A stretch of DNA of 63,997 nucleotides, counting the filler, from Malassezia furfur (Eukaryota), in the NCBI GenBank assembly GCA_052055015.1. It is 13 parts of 13 records of this genome, joined end to end, with 100 filler letters (N's around TTAATTAATTAA, not from the genome) between each part and the next. Parts side by side here need not be neighbours in the genome. Positions count along the whole stretch, not along the records: positions 30,760 to 35,711 come from JBQJIT010000637.1; positions 35,812 to 40,742 come from JBQJIT010000638.1; positions 40,843 to 45,757 come from JBQJIT010000639.1; 10 more parts are not named here. One strand, written 5' to 3'. Below are positions 34,122 through 43,922 of this stretch, one piece after another. Below the pieces are notes generated by a model. That model did no database searches, had not been told where the DNA came from, and was given only the letters and a program-made list of their open reading frames with translations. Positions within the stretch are counted from its first letter, which is position 1, and each line of letters opens with the position of its first letter. Made by a program: the position numbers and the translations under genes.

Positions 34122-35164
34122 ATGGAGCGGCCATGGTACCGCTACGGCGCGGCGCCGATGGTGAACCAGTCGGACCTCGCGTTCCGGCTGGCCGTCGTGC
34201 AGATGGGCGCGACAGCGACGTGGACGTAGGTCGAGGACGCTTATTTAGCCAAATGTACACCACGCATGATCTCGAGGACAGAGCCGTGCGCGAGACGCTC
34301 CTGCAGGCGCTGCAGCTCGGCCGCGACGCGCCCGAGAGCCGCGACCGCGTGACGGGCGCACGCACGCCGCAGATTGTGCAGCTTGCGGGTGACGACCCGG
34401 ACGCACTAGTGCGCGCCGCACGGCATGTCGCGCCGCTTGCCGACGGCATCGACCTCAACCTAGGGTGTCCACAGCGCCGCGCCAAGGAGGGACACTATGG
34501 CGGCTACCTGCTGCACCCGCGCGACTGGCCGCTGCTTGATACGATTGGTATGTGCGCACACTGACGCGCAGTGGGTGCTCTGGCGCACGCGACGCCGCTG
34601 CCCGTCTCGGTCAAGATCCGCCTGTGCGACTATGCGCCGGACACGCCGAAACTGGCGGTGCGCCTTGCGCACGCAGGCGCGTCGGTCGTGACGCTTCATG
34701 CGCGGCACGTCGCGATCCACCGGCGGCGCGCGCACGCCGCCAAGCTCGAGTACGTTGCACAGGTGCGTACCGCGCTCGACGATGCACAACTGCACGCGTC
34801 GCAGCCCGGCGGACACTGTCGCGTGCTAAGCAACGGCAATGTGCGCACGTTTGACGACATCACACGCAACCTGCACGACACGCACGCGGACGGCGTCATG
34901 GTCGGCGAGCCGCTGCTCGACTGCCCGCACGTGTTTGCGCCGTCGATCGGCGCGTCGCTCACCGCACACGACGCGATGCGTACCTATCTGCGCCTGTGCG
35001 AGGCCTACCCCCTCGAGGCGCGCGTACCGTACGTGCAGCAGCATCTGCAGTCCATCGTGCACGCGGGCTATGCGCCAAGCCGCGACACTCGTCTTCTCCT
35101 CGATACCCTGCGCGCTGCGCCGTCGGTCGCGGCGATGCGCGCCTATGTAGATACGCTCGCCTAG
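34122..35164 (+). CDS. tRNA-dihydrouridine synthase (Dus family)
   Basis: APMVNQSDLAFR, VQLAG, IDLNLGCPQ, VSVKIR, TLHAR, SNGNV, DGVMVGE. Introns at 34226-34248 and 34548-34571. Confidence 0.92.
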
Positions 35165-35165
35165 C

Positions 35166-35711
35166 TTACGGCCGCCGCGCCTGCGCCGCAAGCACACGCC
35201 GTGCGTAGGGGTGCTCGAGGATGCGCGGCTTCGCACGGCGCACGGGCCGCCCACTCTGCGCGAGCTGCTCCCACTTGTGCGCCAGCGAGCAGATTGCGTC
35301 GCGGCGTAACGCCAGCGCATCCGCACGCAGCTCCTGCACGCGGGGGAGCAGCGTCACCACAAACAGGTAGAGCGGCAGCGCGACGTAGGTATACAGGGCA
35401 CTGGGTGCATGCGGTCGCGCCGGCGGCGCCTCAGCCTCGGGCTCGCCAAAGTCGTGTCGCGCCCAATGGATGCGCGGCACGGCGTCATGCGTCGCGTCGT
35501 GCACAAAGCCCATGGCCTGCTCCTCGTCCACAAGACCATAGTACGCAAGCGCCTGCTCCCAGCGCGTCGGCGCCCACCACGGACCGACGGGCGCGCGCGA
35601 CGGCAGGTGCGGCAGCTCAAGCACGGCAGCACCCAAGTCTGCGTCGGCGCCGGCGGCGTCGCGCACCGCACGCTCGGCTGCCGGTGCCGACGCCGATGTG
35701 CCGGCGGGCGT
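35166..35711 (-). CDS. C-terminal part of a membrane protein of uncertain family
   Basis: ORF open from the gap with one hydrophobic helix (LYTYVALPLYLFVVTLLP). Confidence 0.55.
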   Translation of the reverse strand, partial: TPAGTSASAPAAERAVRDAAGADADLGAAVLELPHLPSRAPVGPWWAPTRWEQALAYYGLVDEEQAMGFVHDATHDAVPRIHWARHDFGEPEAEAPPARPHAPSALYTYVALPLYLFVVTLLPRVQELRADALALRRDAICSLAHKWEQLAQSGRPVRRAKPRILEHPYARRVLAAQARRP

Positions 35712-35811
35712 NNNNNNNNNNNNNNNNNNNNNNNNNNNNNNNNNNNNNNNNNNNNTTAATTAATTAANNNNNNNNNNNNNNNNNNNNNNNNNNNNNNNNN
35801 NNNNNNNNNNN
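35712..35811. other. Artificial contig spacer
   Basis: Same linker. Confidence 0.99.
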
Positions 35812-36635
35812 GCCTCTGCACTTTGAGCACGCCGCCGCCCAATGCGCTGCGTGCGCTGCACACACTCCATCTACAGGACAATGCGCTTGACATGGACACG
35901 GTCGTCGATGCCCTTCGCCCACTTCCAAACCTGCAGCGTCTGATCCTCACACACAACCGCGTTACGTCGGTGCAACGTACTTCGCCCTTCCCCGCCTTGC
36001 ATACCCTCGCACTACAGGGCAACGCGCTCGCCGACTGGCCCAGCATCGAGGCGCTCGAGTCGTTCTTTGCCACGCCTTTTGCGCTTACCCTCGATACGCC
36101 TGCAGCGCTCGCGTCCGACGAGCGCGCCTTTCGCACCGAGGCCATTGCGCGGCTCGGCATGCTCGCCTCCCTGAATCACACGCTCGTCTCGCCCGAGGAG
36201 CGGCAAGACGCCGAGCGCTACTTTCTCACGCGCGCGCCCTCGGATGCACGCGGCTCGCCGCGCTACCGCGCGCTGTGCGCACAGCACGGTATGGAGCCGC
36301 CGGTGGACCGTGCGCCGGCGACATGGCAGGCCAAGCTCGTGCACGTCGGCGTCCTGTGCCTCGACCATCTCCCAGCGCCAGACGAGGCGGCGGCGCTCCT
36401 CGATGCGCCGCACGCACAAGCCGCATTGCTGTGTACTATGCCGCTGCGGGCCGTGCGCCGGCGTATCCAGGCGACGTGCCAACGTGCGAAGCCCCGCGAC
36501 CCGCTTCTGGCGCTCTTACGTACACCATCGAGCGAGGTGCTTGTCGTGCCGCTTGAGGATATGACAAGCACCTTGGATAACTATGGTATACACGATGGTG
36601 ACGCATTGGTCGTGGTTAGTCCAGGTCGAGACTGA
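35812..36635 (+). CDS. PAC2: Tubulin-folding cofactor E (LRR + ubiquitin-like), 5' partial
   Basis: LxxLxLxxN repeats, LNHTLVSPEERQDAERYFL, RYRALCAQHG and C-terminal LDNYGIHDGD. Confidence 0.82.
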
Positions 36636-37751
36636 TGGGGTTCGTACGGGTCCCCTGAGTATGCTTGTCGAACCACTCCGAGGCTAACTGCGCCGAGTCC
36701 AACCCCATGCTAAAGTAGGACGTATTCACGCGCGCTTGAAACATGGACGTGTGCGCGGTGATCTCATCGATCGTGGACTGCGTCAGCAACACACGTACTG
36801 GAAAGTCAAGCGGCGAAAAGTGAACCGCATACGGCTGGTGCTCGTCCGGTAGCAGGATAAAGGTGCGCTGCGTCGGGTCCAGCGGCCCCGTCGGCTGGGG
36901 CCCCAGCGACCCCGGGCGTGGGCGCAGCCGTGTATAGAAACAGTGGAAGGGGATCTGGTGTGTGCGGCAGTCCTCGAGCCGCTGCGACATGGCATCGACC
37001 TCCCACAGGTTGCGCACAAATGCCAGATGTTCCGTCACCCACCGGTACGACTCGTCCACGGGATTGGTTTTGTTGATCACCGCCGACGCCACCGCCGTAC
37101 CGATCGCTGCAGCCGCCGCCGTTCCAACACCAGTCCATGCCGCGTTGGACAGACGCGATGAAGTTGTAGGCACCCCATTCGGGCCCTGGGCGGAGCGCGA
37201 AGCAAACTGCGCCGCGAGACCGCCACCAATGGGACTCAGCACCGCACCGAGCTTCAGGGCCGAATTCGCATAACCATGGTAGGTCGAGAACTGGTTCTTA
37301 AATACATGTGGGTGTACTTTGTCAGGTACTGCACCTACCGCCCAGATATGGCGAGTCGTACGCAAGCACGCCAATGACGCGTGGCCACATCTCCTTCCTC
37401 TGCGTCGTACTCCGCTGCAGCTGGAGCGCCGCGTCCATCGATACGAGCCCGCCCATCGAATGTCCACACAGCAAGACGCAAGTACGCCCATGCTTTTGCT
37501 CGTAGGTACTCACCTCGGCCGTGAGCCACGCAATCAGGCTGTCGACCGCGGCCTCGAGCGAACCACGTGTCTCGTACGTGGGGTAGACGCGGGAGGCGAT
37601 CGCCGCCCGTGGGTGCGTCTGCAGCAGGAGATGCGCAAGCCGGTCGGGGAACTGTTCAAACGTCGACTCGGCACTACCTTTGAATCTGTGTCAAACGTCT
37701 TCTATCCTACCCGTGCACGAACACCACCAAAAGCGCGCCCGCGTCCGTCAT
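36616..37751 (-). CDS. Alpha/beta-hydrolase, DUF676/lipase-like
   Basis: Spliced product MTDAGALLVVFVHGFKG...YPTYETRG...GHSMGG...YDSPYLGVHP...DEITAHTSMF. Introns at 37686-37710, 37317-37338 and 36778-36798. Confidence 0.85.
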
Positions 37752-37778
37752 CGATGCACGAGCAACCACCTCCACATT

Positions 37779-39278
37779 CTACGCTACGTCCTCGACCCAG
37801 CGCAAACCAGCCCGCGTCGCAGCTCGTGCAGCTGCCTTCTCGCCTATGCTGCGGCCCCAACTCAGTCGCAAGGTGCCACCAGCCATGGGGCAATTCTGCA
37901 TCTCGGCAATGGCACGCGCGGCATCTTCCTTCCGGGCAAATTGCACGAACCCACAGTCCTGACCACGAGGGATGTTGACCGACAGGATAGGGCCGTACGG
38001 AGAAAAGAGCGAGTAGAGAGTTGCCTCGGAAGCCATCGTAAACAAACTCCCCACAAAGACGGTCGTGTTGTTGGGATCAAGCGCACTGGATGTGTGCGCA
38101 ACGGCGAGCGCAGACGCCAGCATCGGGGCGCCCGACTTGGTTTCGCCATCTTCGCCTTGCACGAAGGTCAGAGTGGTGGGGACACGGGGCGCCGAGGCCA
38201 CGCTATCAGGCACAGAAGACGGACGGTTCGGATCCGAGGTGTGCCTTCGAGGTCCAGAGCGACGTGACGACGGTTCGCTCTGTGAAGTCGTCGACCGCTG
38301 TACACGTGGCCGAGATCGTCGTTCAGGAGGCGGCGGCGTCGCCGCAGCCGTACTCAGCAAGACACGAATAGGGTTCCACGGCGTTTGCTTCGGGATAAGC
38401 GTCGTGTGTTGCATCTCCACAAGCGCACGCTCGCTGTCCTGTGGGGACGTGAAACGCACTTCGGCCTGGGACATGCTGCCCTGGCGTATAATGCGCACCG
38501 ACTGCACCCCAAACGGCTCTGGTGAGACGGGCAAAACCGCCCGCATTTTTTCCGAGACTTGCGCGTATGCGCGACGCATGGGATGGCTTGTAGGCCATTC
38601 GGGTGGGTGGGAAAAGTGCTGCTCAACGTCGCTCTCCGTGACATTCCCGTCTAGGCGCTCGATGAGCAACACGCAACTAGATGTCGTTGAGGCGACGCTT
38701 GCCGTTTCCGAGTTTGTGTCACGACCGACGGAGGACATTTCACTCGATGGCAAAGTATTGTTCTGGGTCGAAGAGGCACTGGGCGATCGCCGTTCGTTCT
38801 CAGGGTTGCTCATGCAAGCCGGACGCTCCTCCACGGCCTTGGACCATCCTTGGGATGGGTCGACACGAAGTGCGGGGAACGAAATGGGAGATGCGCTGGA
38901 AAGGGGTGGTTCGTGGAGCGATTCGAGCTGCGTTTGCGGCTCTCTAACGAGTGTGTCGACCTGCTCCGCAGCTTGGCCCGAATCCCAAGAGTCAATGGGA
39001 CCAGGTGTAAGGAAGGAAGAGGGACTTCCATTTTCACGGCGGATACCACAACTCATTGCAAGGTCGCTCGGAAGCCAAACTTCAGGCCGGGAGTATGCAA
39101 GGGAGTCCGTGTCCATCGCAGGACCATCCAAAGTGAAACTGGGTTCGAATGCGCGAGTGCAAGTTGCGTGCGACATTGTGGGGGCAATTTGCGGCAGCTG
39201 CACTATATACCTGCCGTCGAGCCCCTGCGCTGGAAATATGGAACTTTGCGGCGCAATGGTGCATGCTGAACGATTCAT
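37779..39278 (-). CDS. RRM RNA-binding protein, Nam8/Ngr1/Csx1-like; start uncertain
   Basis: DPNNTTVFVGSL...CGFVQF...LRLSWGRS C-terminal RRM plus a degenerate upstream RRM. Confidence 0.8.
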   Translation of the reverse strand: MNRSACTIAPQSSIFPAQGLDGRYIVQLPQIAPTMSHATCTRAFEPSFTLDGPAMDTDSLAYSRPEVWLPSDLAMSCGIRRENGSPSSFLTPGPIDSWDSGQAAEQVDTLVREPQTQLESLHEPPLSSASPISFPALRVDPSQGWSKAVEERPACMSNPENERRSPSASSTQNNTLPSSEMSSVGRDTNSETASVASTTSSCVLLIERLDGNVTESDVEQHFSHPPEWPTSHPMRRAYAQVSEKMRAVLPVSPEPFGVQSVRIIRQGSMSQAEVRFTSPQDSERALVEMQHTTLIPKQTPWNPIRVLLSTAAATPPPPERRSRPRVQRSTTSQSEPSSRRSGPRRHTSDPNRPSSVPDSVASAPRVPTTLTFVQGEDGETKSGAPMLASALAVAHTSSALDPNNTTVFVGSLFTMASEATLYSLFSPYGPILSVNIPRGQDCGFVQFARKEDAARAIAEMQNCPMAGGTLRLSWGRSIGEKAAARAATRAGLRWVEDVA

Positions 39279-39647
39279 GTTCGAGAAGCAAATGTCGACG
39301 CTCAATGGTTCGATGTAGTGTCTGTGTCACCGCCGTATCGCAATCGGATGTCTTAATCCAATCTGTCACGAATAGCAGGGAGCATTAAAGTGGGAATATG
39401 GAAACTAGAGGACCAAGACGATGTAGCTATTTCGGCCGCAGCAGCAGCCATACCGCGTCGCGGTCCAGCGACGCCAACGACAAGTTTGGCTACGCAAACG
39501 ACACAGGGAATCGTAATCCAACCTATAACGTTGCGCGAAAGAATTTTAAATTATTTGCGCATTTACAAGGCACTGGCGGTAATATTAGGGAATGCGTGCC
39601 CCGCAGCTTGGCGATCATGCCCCCCTGTTGGTCGTGCGGGTTATCAA

Positions 39648-39655
39648 CACGTGAT
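39648..39655. promoter_or_regulatory. ATCACGTG E-box just upstream of SAP18
   Basis: CACGTGAT 12 bp before ATG 39668. Confidence 0.5.
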
Positions 39656-39667
39656 TTTACGCCCACC

Positions 39668-40317
39668 ATGTCAATGGCGCAGTCAGAAGACGCCGATGTA
39701 CGACCCCGAGTAACGACTCATAGTACAGAATGCGCCACTGTTGGTTCCGTGCATTTTATCGCAACCAGAGTTTCGGTACGTATTCGTTTTAAGACTTGGC
39801 GCTAATATTAGACATCCGGATGATCTTGGGTCTGGGCGGATAGCTCAGTCGCAGGAATATGGAATCTACGCATGGTACAGTGGTGTCCGAAGCTCACGTT
39901 TTCCACAGGCCCACCACTTCGCTGCGCGAACTAGCAAATTTGATCTACGTGGCTAATCCAGCGTCCTCGCATCCCCACTCACCCCACGACTTTCGGGTAT
40001 TACTTTTCGATCTCGATGCAGGCACGTATCGGGCATATCCGCCGATTAGGGGCGTCACGCGCGTGACCCCTCGTCAAGTTGAGGCATTACTCGGACCTGC
40101 GCAGGAACCATTGGATGCTCGCGCAACTCTCCGCAGAACCGATCATGCAGATGCGGGTGACAGAAAAGACCCTGCGTCGCAAACGCTGATGGACTTGAAC
40201 TTCTCTCCGGGGGACATAATTGAGTGTGTCGTTCACGCGCCACGCACCGGGCGCGACCGAGAAATAAAGGGAAACCCTCACCGACGAGCTGACCGTCCGC
40301 ATCGACAGTTCATGTAG
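39668..40317 (+). CDS. SAP18: Sin3-associated polypeptide SAP18; four exons
   Basis: Removing introns 39698-39728, 39776-39811 and 39875-39908 gives ...APLLVPC...EYGIYAWPTTSLRELANLI...TLMDLNFSPGDIIECVV, matching the SAP18 pattern. Confidence 0.78.
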
Positions 40318-40629
40318 CTGCCAGCAGCCTTCTGTTTGCGGACAACCGGTGCGGCGACATGATGTTGCTATTTCATACCACCGCAGTCTAGCATGGATCA
40401 TGCCTTCAGTTGCTACCACTTATAGAAATGGCACACAATGCACATGATGCCATTGCAAAGGACAAATCGCATATAAGCTTTTTTTTTGGGCGGCTATTGA
40501 AGTTAGGGCCATACGAGTTGCAAACAGTCACTGCCGTTTGCAAAGCTGCAATCGACATAGCCAATCACACCGATAGCGCCTAATTCCAGGCCGCGGAGGA
40601 TATGAACCGGCATTGTTCATAGAACAACT

Positions 40630-40742
40630 TTAGGCGCGCTGGCTCTTGAAGTACTCGAGAAGCACGTTCAGGCCCTCCGAGTCCTCACCGTAGTCGCGGA
40701 CGACCACGCACGAGCAGCCAACAACCTTCCGGGGGTTGCCCT
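40630..40742 (-). CDS. RPS12: 40S ribosomal protein eS12, C-terminal fragment
   Basis: [36 protein letters not shown]. Not in the ORF track. Confidence 0.93.
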
Positions 40743-40842
40743 NNNNNNNNNNNNNNNNNNNNNNNNNNNNNNNNNNNNNNNNNNNNTTAATTAATTAANN
40801 NNNNNNNNNNNNNNNNNNNNNNNNNNNNNNNNNNNNNNNNNN
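40743..40842. other. Artificial contig spacer
   Basis: Same linker. Confidence 0.99.
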
Positions 40843-41600
40843 TGCGCCAGGTCCACCGACCACCCCGCGTCCGCGTCGCGCGCCGCCTCGGGCGCGCCCT
40901 CGCGCACACGCGCCGACGCACTCGCGGCGCTCCGCTCCTCGGCGCGCTGCGCGCGCGCAATCTTGCGCTGCGCACGCAGCTCCTGCTGCAGCTTGTCCTC
41001 CGCGGACGCAAAGTGCGAGCGCGCATAGTTCTCGTCCTCGTACCGCGGAAAGTGGCGCCACACCGCCGACCGCGACGCATACAGCGCGGGCGTCGCCTCC
41101 ATGTCGATGCGCGTCCGCCGCGGCGCAAACAGGTCCGCGAGGTACTCGGCCTGCGCGGCCTCGCGCTCGTTCCACGTGCGGCCCAGGCTGCGCACCGTCG
41201 TGCCGACCGGCACATGGATCGTGTAGTCCGCGCCGCGGCGGCCGTGCAGCCAGTCGCCCTGGCCGTGCGTGCCGTTCTTCGCGATCGCCTGCTTGTGCAC
41301 GCGCGCGAGCGAGTGCAGCGTCGGGTCCGCACGCACGTACACCGACCCGCCCGCGCCGCCGTTCCCGCCGCCCGCGGGGCCCATCTGCACGTACTTTTCG
41401 CGGTGGAACGACACACATCCATCGCCGCCGTGCCCGGCCTGCACGTCGACGACGACGTGGTCGACAAAGTGCCGCGCCTTGCGGTTGCGGAACACGTCGG
41501 CCTTGCGCCGCGCGGCGTCCGCGCCGGCGTCCGACGTGTACAGGCGCGCGGCGTGCCGGAGCGCGACGGGGGCAGGCGCCGTCGTGCGCACGAGCCACAT
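40843..41600 (-). CDS. MTG2: Mitochondrial Obg-family GTPase, 3' partial
   Basis: FVDHVVVDVQAGHGGDGCVSFHREKY...GGNGGAGG...HGRRGAD...VPVGT Obg fold, preceded by a presequence. Confidence 0.9.
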
Positions 41601-41711
41601 GCTTCTTCGTGCACAGGAAGGACCGAAAACCCCGGCGTGGAGGCGCGCTGCGTGGAGGCGGCGCCCCCAGGGCCGCCAGCCGCCCTGCGCTGCCCCCGTG
41701 TGGAGTCCACG

Positions 41712-43247
41712 ATGGGCGCCGTCCTGTCCCTGCCGGCGCTCCTTGCGCCCGTCGCGCCGCTCGCGACGTGCTGCGGCGCAATGTGCGTGTCGATGTGCAC
41801 CTCGACGGCCGCATCGGCCATGTGCAAGTCGTGCAACTGCCAATCGTCCATCGCGACGCGCGTCGGCTACGCCCTCCTCTTCTGCTTCAACGCGCTGCTC
41901 GCATGGATCAGCCTCACGCCCGCGCTCGTGCGCACACTCGAGCGCTACTCGCTGCACTACATCCAGGTGCATTGCGAGCAGCAGGAGTCGTGCTTCGGCG
42001 TGATGGCCGTGCACCGCATCCTCTTTGCCGCCGTGCTCTTCCACCTCGTCTTGGCGGCGCTCCTCGTCGACGTCCACGACACACGCACGCCGCGCGCCGC
42101 GCTCCAGAACGGGTGGTGGGGGCCGAAAGTCGCTGCGCTGCTCTCGCTGATTGCGCTGAGCTTCGTGCTGCCCAACGGCTTTATCGTGTTCTGGGCGAAT
42201 TGGATCGCTCCGCTGCTCGCATGCGTCTTCCTCCTGCTCGGCCTCGTGCTGCTCGTCGACGTCGCACACACGTGGTCCGAGACGTGCCTCGAGCAGTGGG
42301 AGCGCGAGGGCGCCGACGTGTGGATGTACCTGCTCGTCGGCACCACCCTCGGCCTGTACCTTGCCGTGCTGATTGCCGTAGTGCTCCTGTTCGTGTACGT
42401 CGCGCCGAGTGGGTGCGCGCTGAACCAGACACTGCTCAGCGTGCACCTCGTGCTCGGCGCGGCGCTCACGCTGCTGTGCGTGCACCCCGCGGTCCAGGAG
42501 GCGAATCCGCGCAGCGGCCTCGCACAGAGCAGCATGGTGCTGGCCTACTGCACCTACCTCCTCGCCTCGGCGCTCATCAACCGCGACGACAAGCACTGCA
42601 ATCCGGTCGCCCGGGGACGCGGCGACGCCACGCGCTCGACCACCGCGCTCATCGGCGTCGTCTTCACGTTCGTCGCCATCGCCTACTCGACGACTCGCGC
42701 AGCGACACAGTCCAAGCTGCTCATGGGCACCGCCGACGCCGCCGACGCTCCGCGCGGGTACGAGCCGGTCGCCCTGCACGCGCCCATTACCGAGCAGCCG
42801 CGCGCGACCGAGCCGCTGCGCATCCAGGCGATCCGCAGCGCCGTGCAGGCCGGATCGCTGCCGCAGTCGGCGCTCGACGACGAGCTGCGCAGGCGCCAGG
42901 TGCTGGGCGACGACGACGATGACGAAGACGACGACGAGACCGCCGCGCCGGGCGGCGCCGTGCGCCTGCCGGCGAACGACGACGAGCGGTCGGGCACGCG
43001 GTACAACTACGTCTTCTTCCACCTGATCTTTGCGATGGCCGCGAGTTATACGGCGATGCTGCTTACCGACTGGAACTTTGTGCGTGTCGGCGCGCCGCCT
43101 GCGCCGCACGACGAGCCGGTCGCATACATCGGTGTCGGCTCTGCGTCCATGTGGATCCGCGTCGCGAGTAGTTGGGCGTGTGCGGCGATCTATGCGTGGA
43201 CGCTGCTGGCGCCGGCGCTGCTTCCCGATCGGTTCGGATATGTGTAG
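41712..43247 (+). CDS. TMS1: Serine incorporator (Serinc/TDE/Tms1) membrane protein
   Basis: MGAVLS, SSIATRVGYA, CFGVMAVHR, RAALQNGWWGPK, NPRSGLAQ, YNYVFFH, WTLLAP. Confidence 0.95.
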   Translation: MGAVLSLPALLAPVAPLATCCGAMCVSMCTSTAASAMCKSCNCQSSIATRVGYALLFCFNALLAWISLTPALVRTLERYSLHYIQVHCEQQESCFGVMAVHRILFAAVLFHLVLAALLVDVHDTRTPRAALQNGWWGPKVAALLSLIALSFVLPNGFIVFWANWIAPLLACVFLLLGLVLLVDVAHTWSETCLEQWEREGADVWMYLLVGTTLGLYLAVLIAVVLLFVYVAPSGCALNQTLLSVHLVLGAALTLLCVHPAVQEANPRSGLAQSSMVLAYCTYLLASALINRDDKHCNPVARGRGDATRSTTALIGVVFTFVAIAYSTTRAATQSKLLMGTADAADAPRGYEPVALHAPITEQPRATEPLRIQAIRSAVQAGSLPQSALDDELRRRQVLGDDDDDEDDDETAAPGGAVRLPANDDERSGTRYNYVFFHLIFAMAASYTAMLLTDWNFVRVGAPPAPHDEPVAYIGVGSASMWIRVASSWACAAIYAWTLLAPALLPDRFGYV

Positions 43248-43328
43248 AAGAGCGGGGCTGGGGGGCGCTCACGTTGGGGATGAGGTAGCTGTGGTAGTAT
43301 GTACAGTGTAGTGATGAGGAGCGGGCGA

Positions 43329-43390
43329 GATGTGGTGGGTGTGGGATGTGTGGGTGCGGGATGTGGTGGGTGCGGGGCGTATTGGGTGCG
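43329..43390 (+). repeat. TG-rich degenerate tandem repeat (about 15-16 nt, GATGTGGTGGGTGYGG) with seven G3+ runs
   Basis: G-runs start at 43337, 43343, 43352, 43358, 43368, 43374 and 43384. Confidence 0.7.
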
Positions 43391-43922
43391 GAATGACGGT
43401 GTACGAGGCGGCGCAGGGGCGAAATGGCAGGAATACCGAGTCGCAGTTGTCGCGCAAGGCAGTAGGGCGCGTCGCTGGCCCTTGGGGCTCTACGTGGTAG
43501 TGCATATCCGGATGGCCGTGCAACGATGCGCTGGTTCGTGTGTGTGTCCGACGTCGTGTGCTCTGGCGCGCTGCCAAGACCGACACGGCTCGGCTGCTGT
43601 GTCGCGTGCTGCCCCTCCCTGTCGGCCCAGGTCGGATCTTTGCCGGGCACGCAGGGCCAGCTCCGATCGGAGCCCTCTCTGTCCAGCGCATCCAAGTGCC
43701 GAACATCTCTTGGCCATTCCTCGTCGGGCGCTGCACTTCCTGTCCGGCTGCGCACATCCCGACTCCTCATGCCCGACTGTCTCGCATCCGACCCCACCTA
43801 CCCCCGCTACCGCCCTGTCCCTTGGCGCACTCGAGATCGACGCACAGCACACTTGCTCCTTCTGCTACGAAGCGCCGCCTTCGCCTACGCGCCTTTTGTG
43901 CTATTACCCCGGCTCGCACTGT

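Noticed and set aside
43311..43317. GTGATGA as a C box of a C/D snoRNA
   Set aside because: No CTGA D box follows on that strand within the intergenic region.
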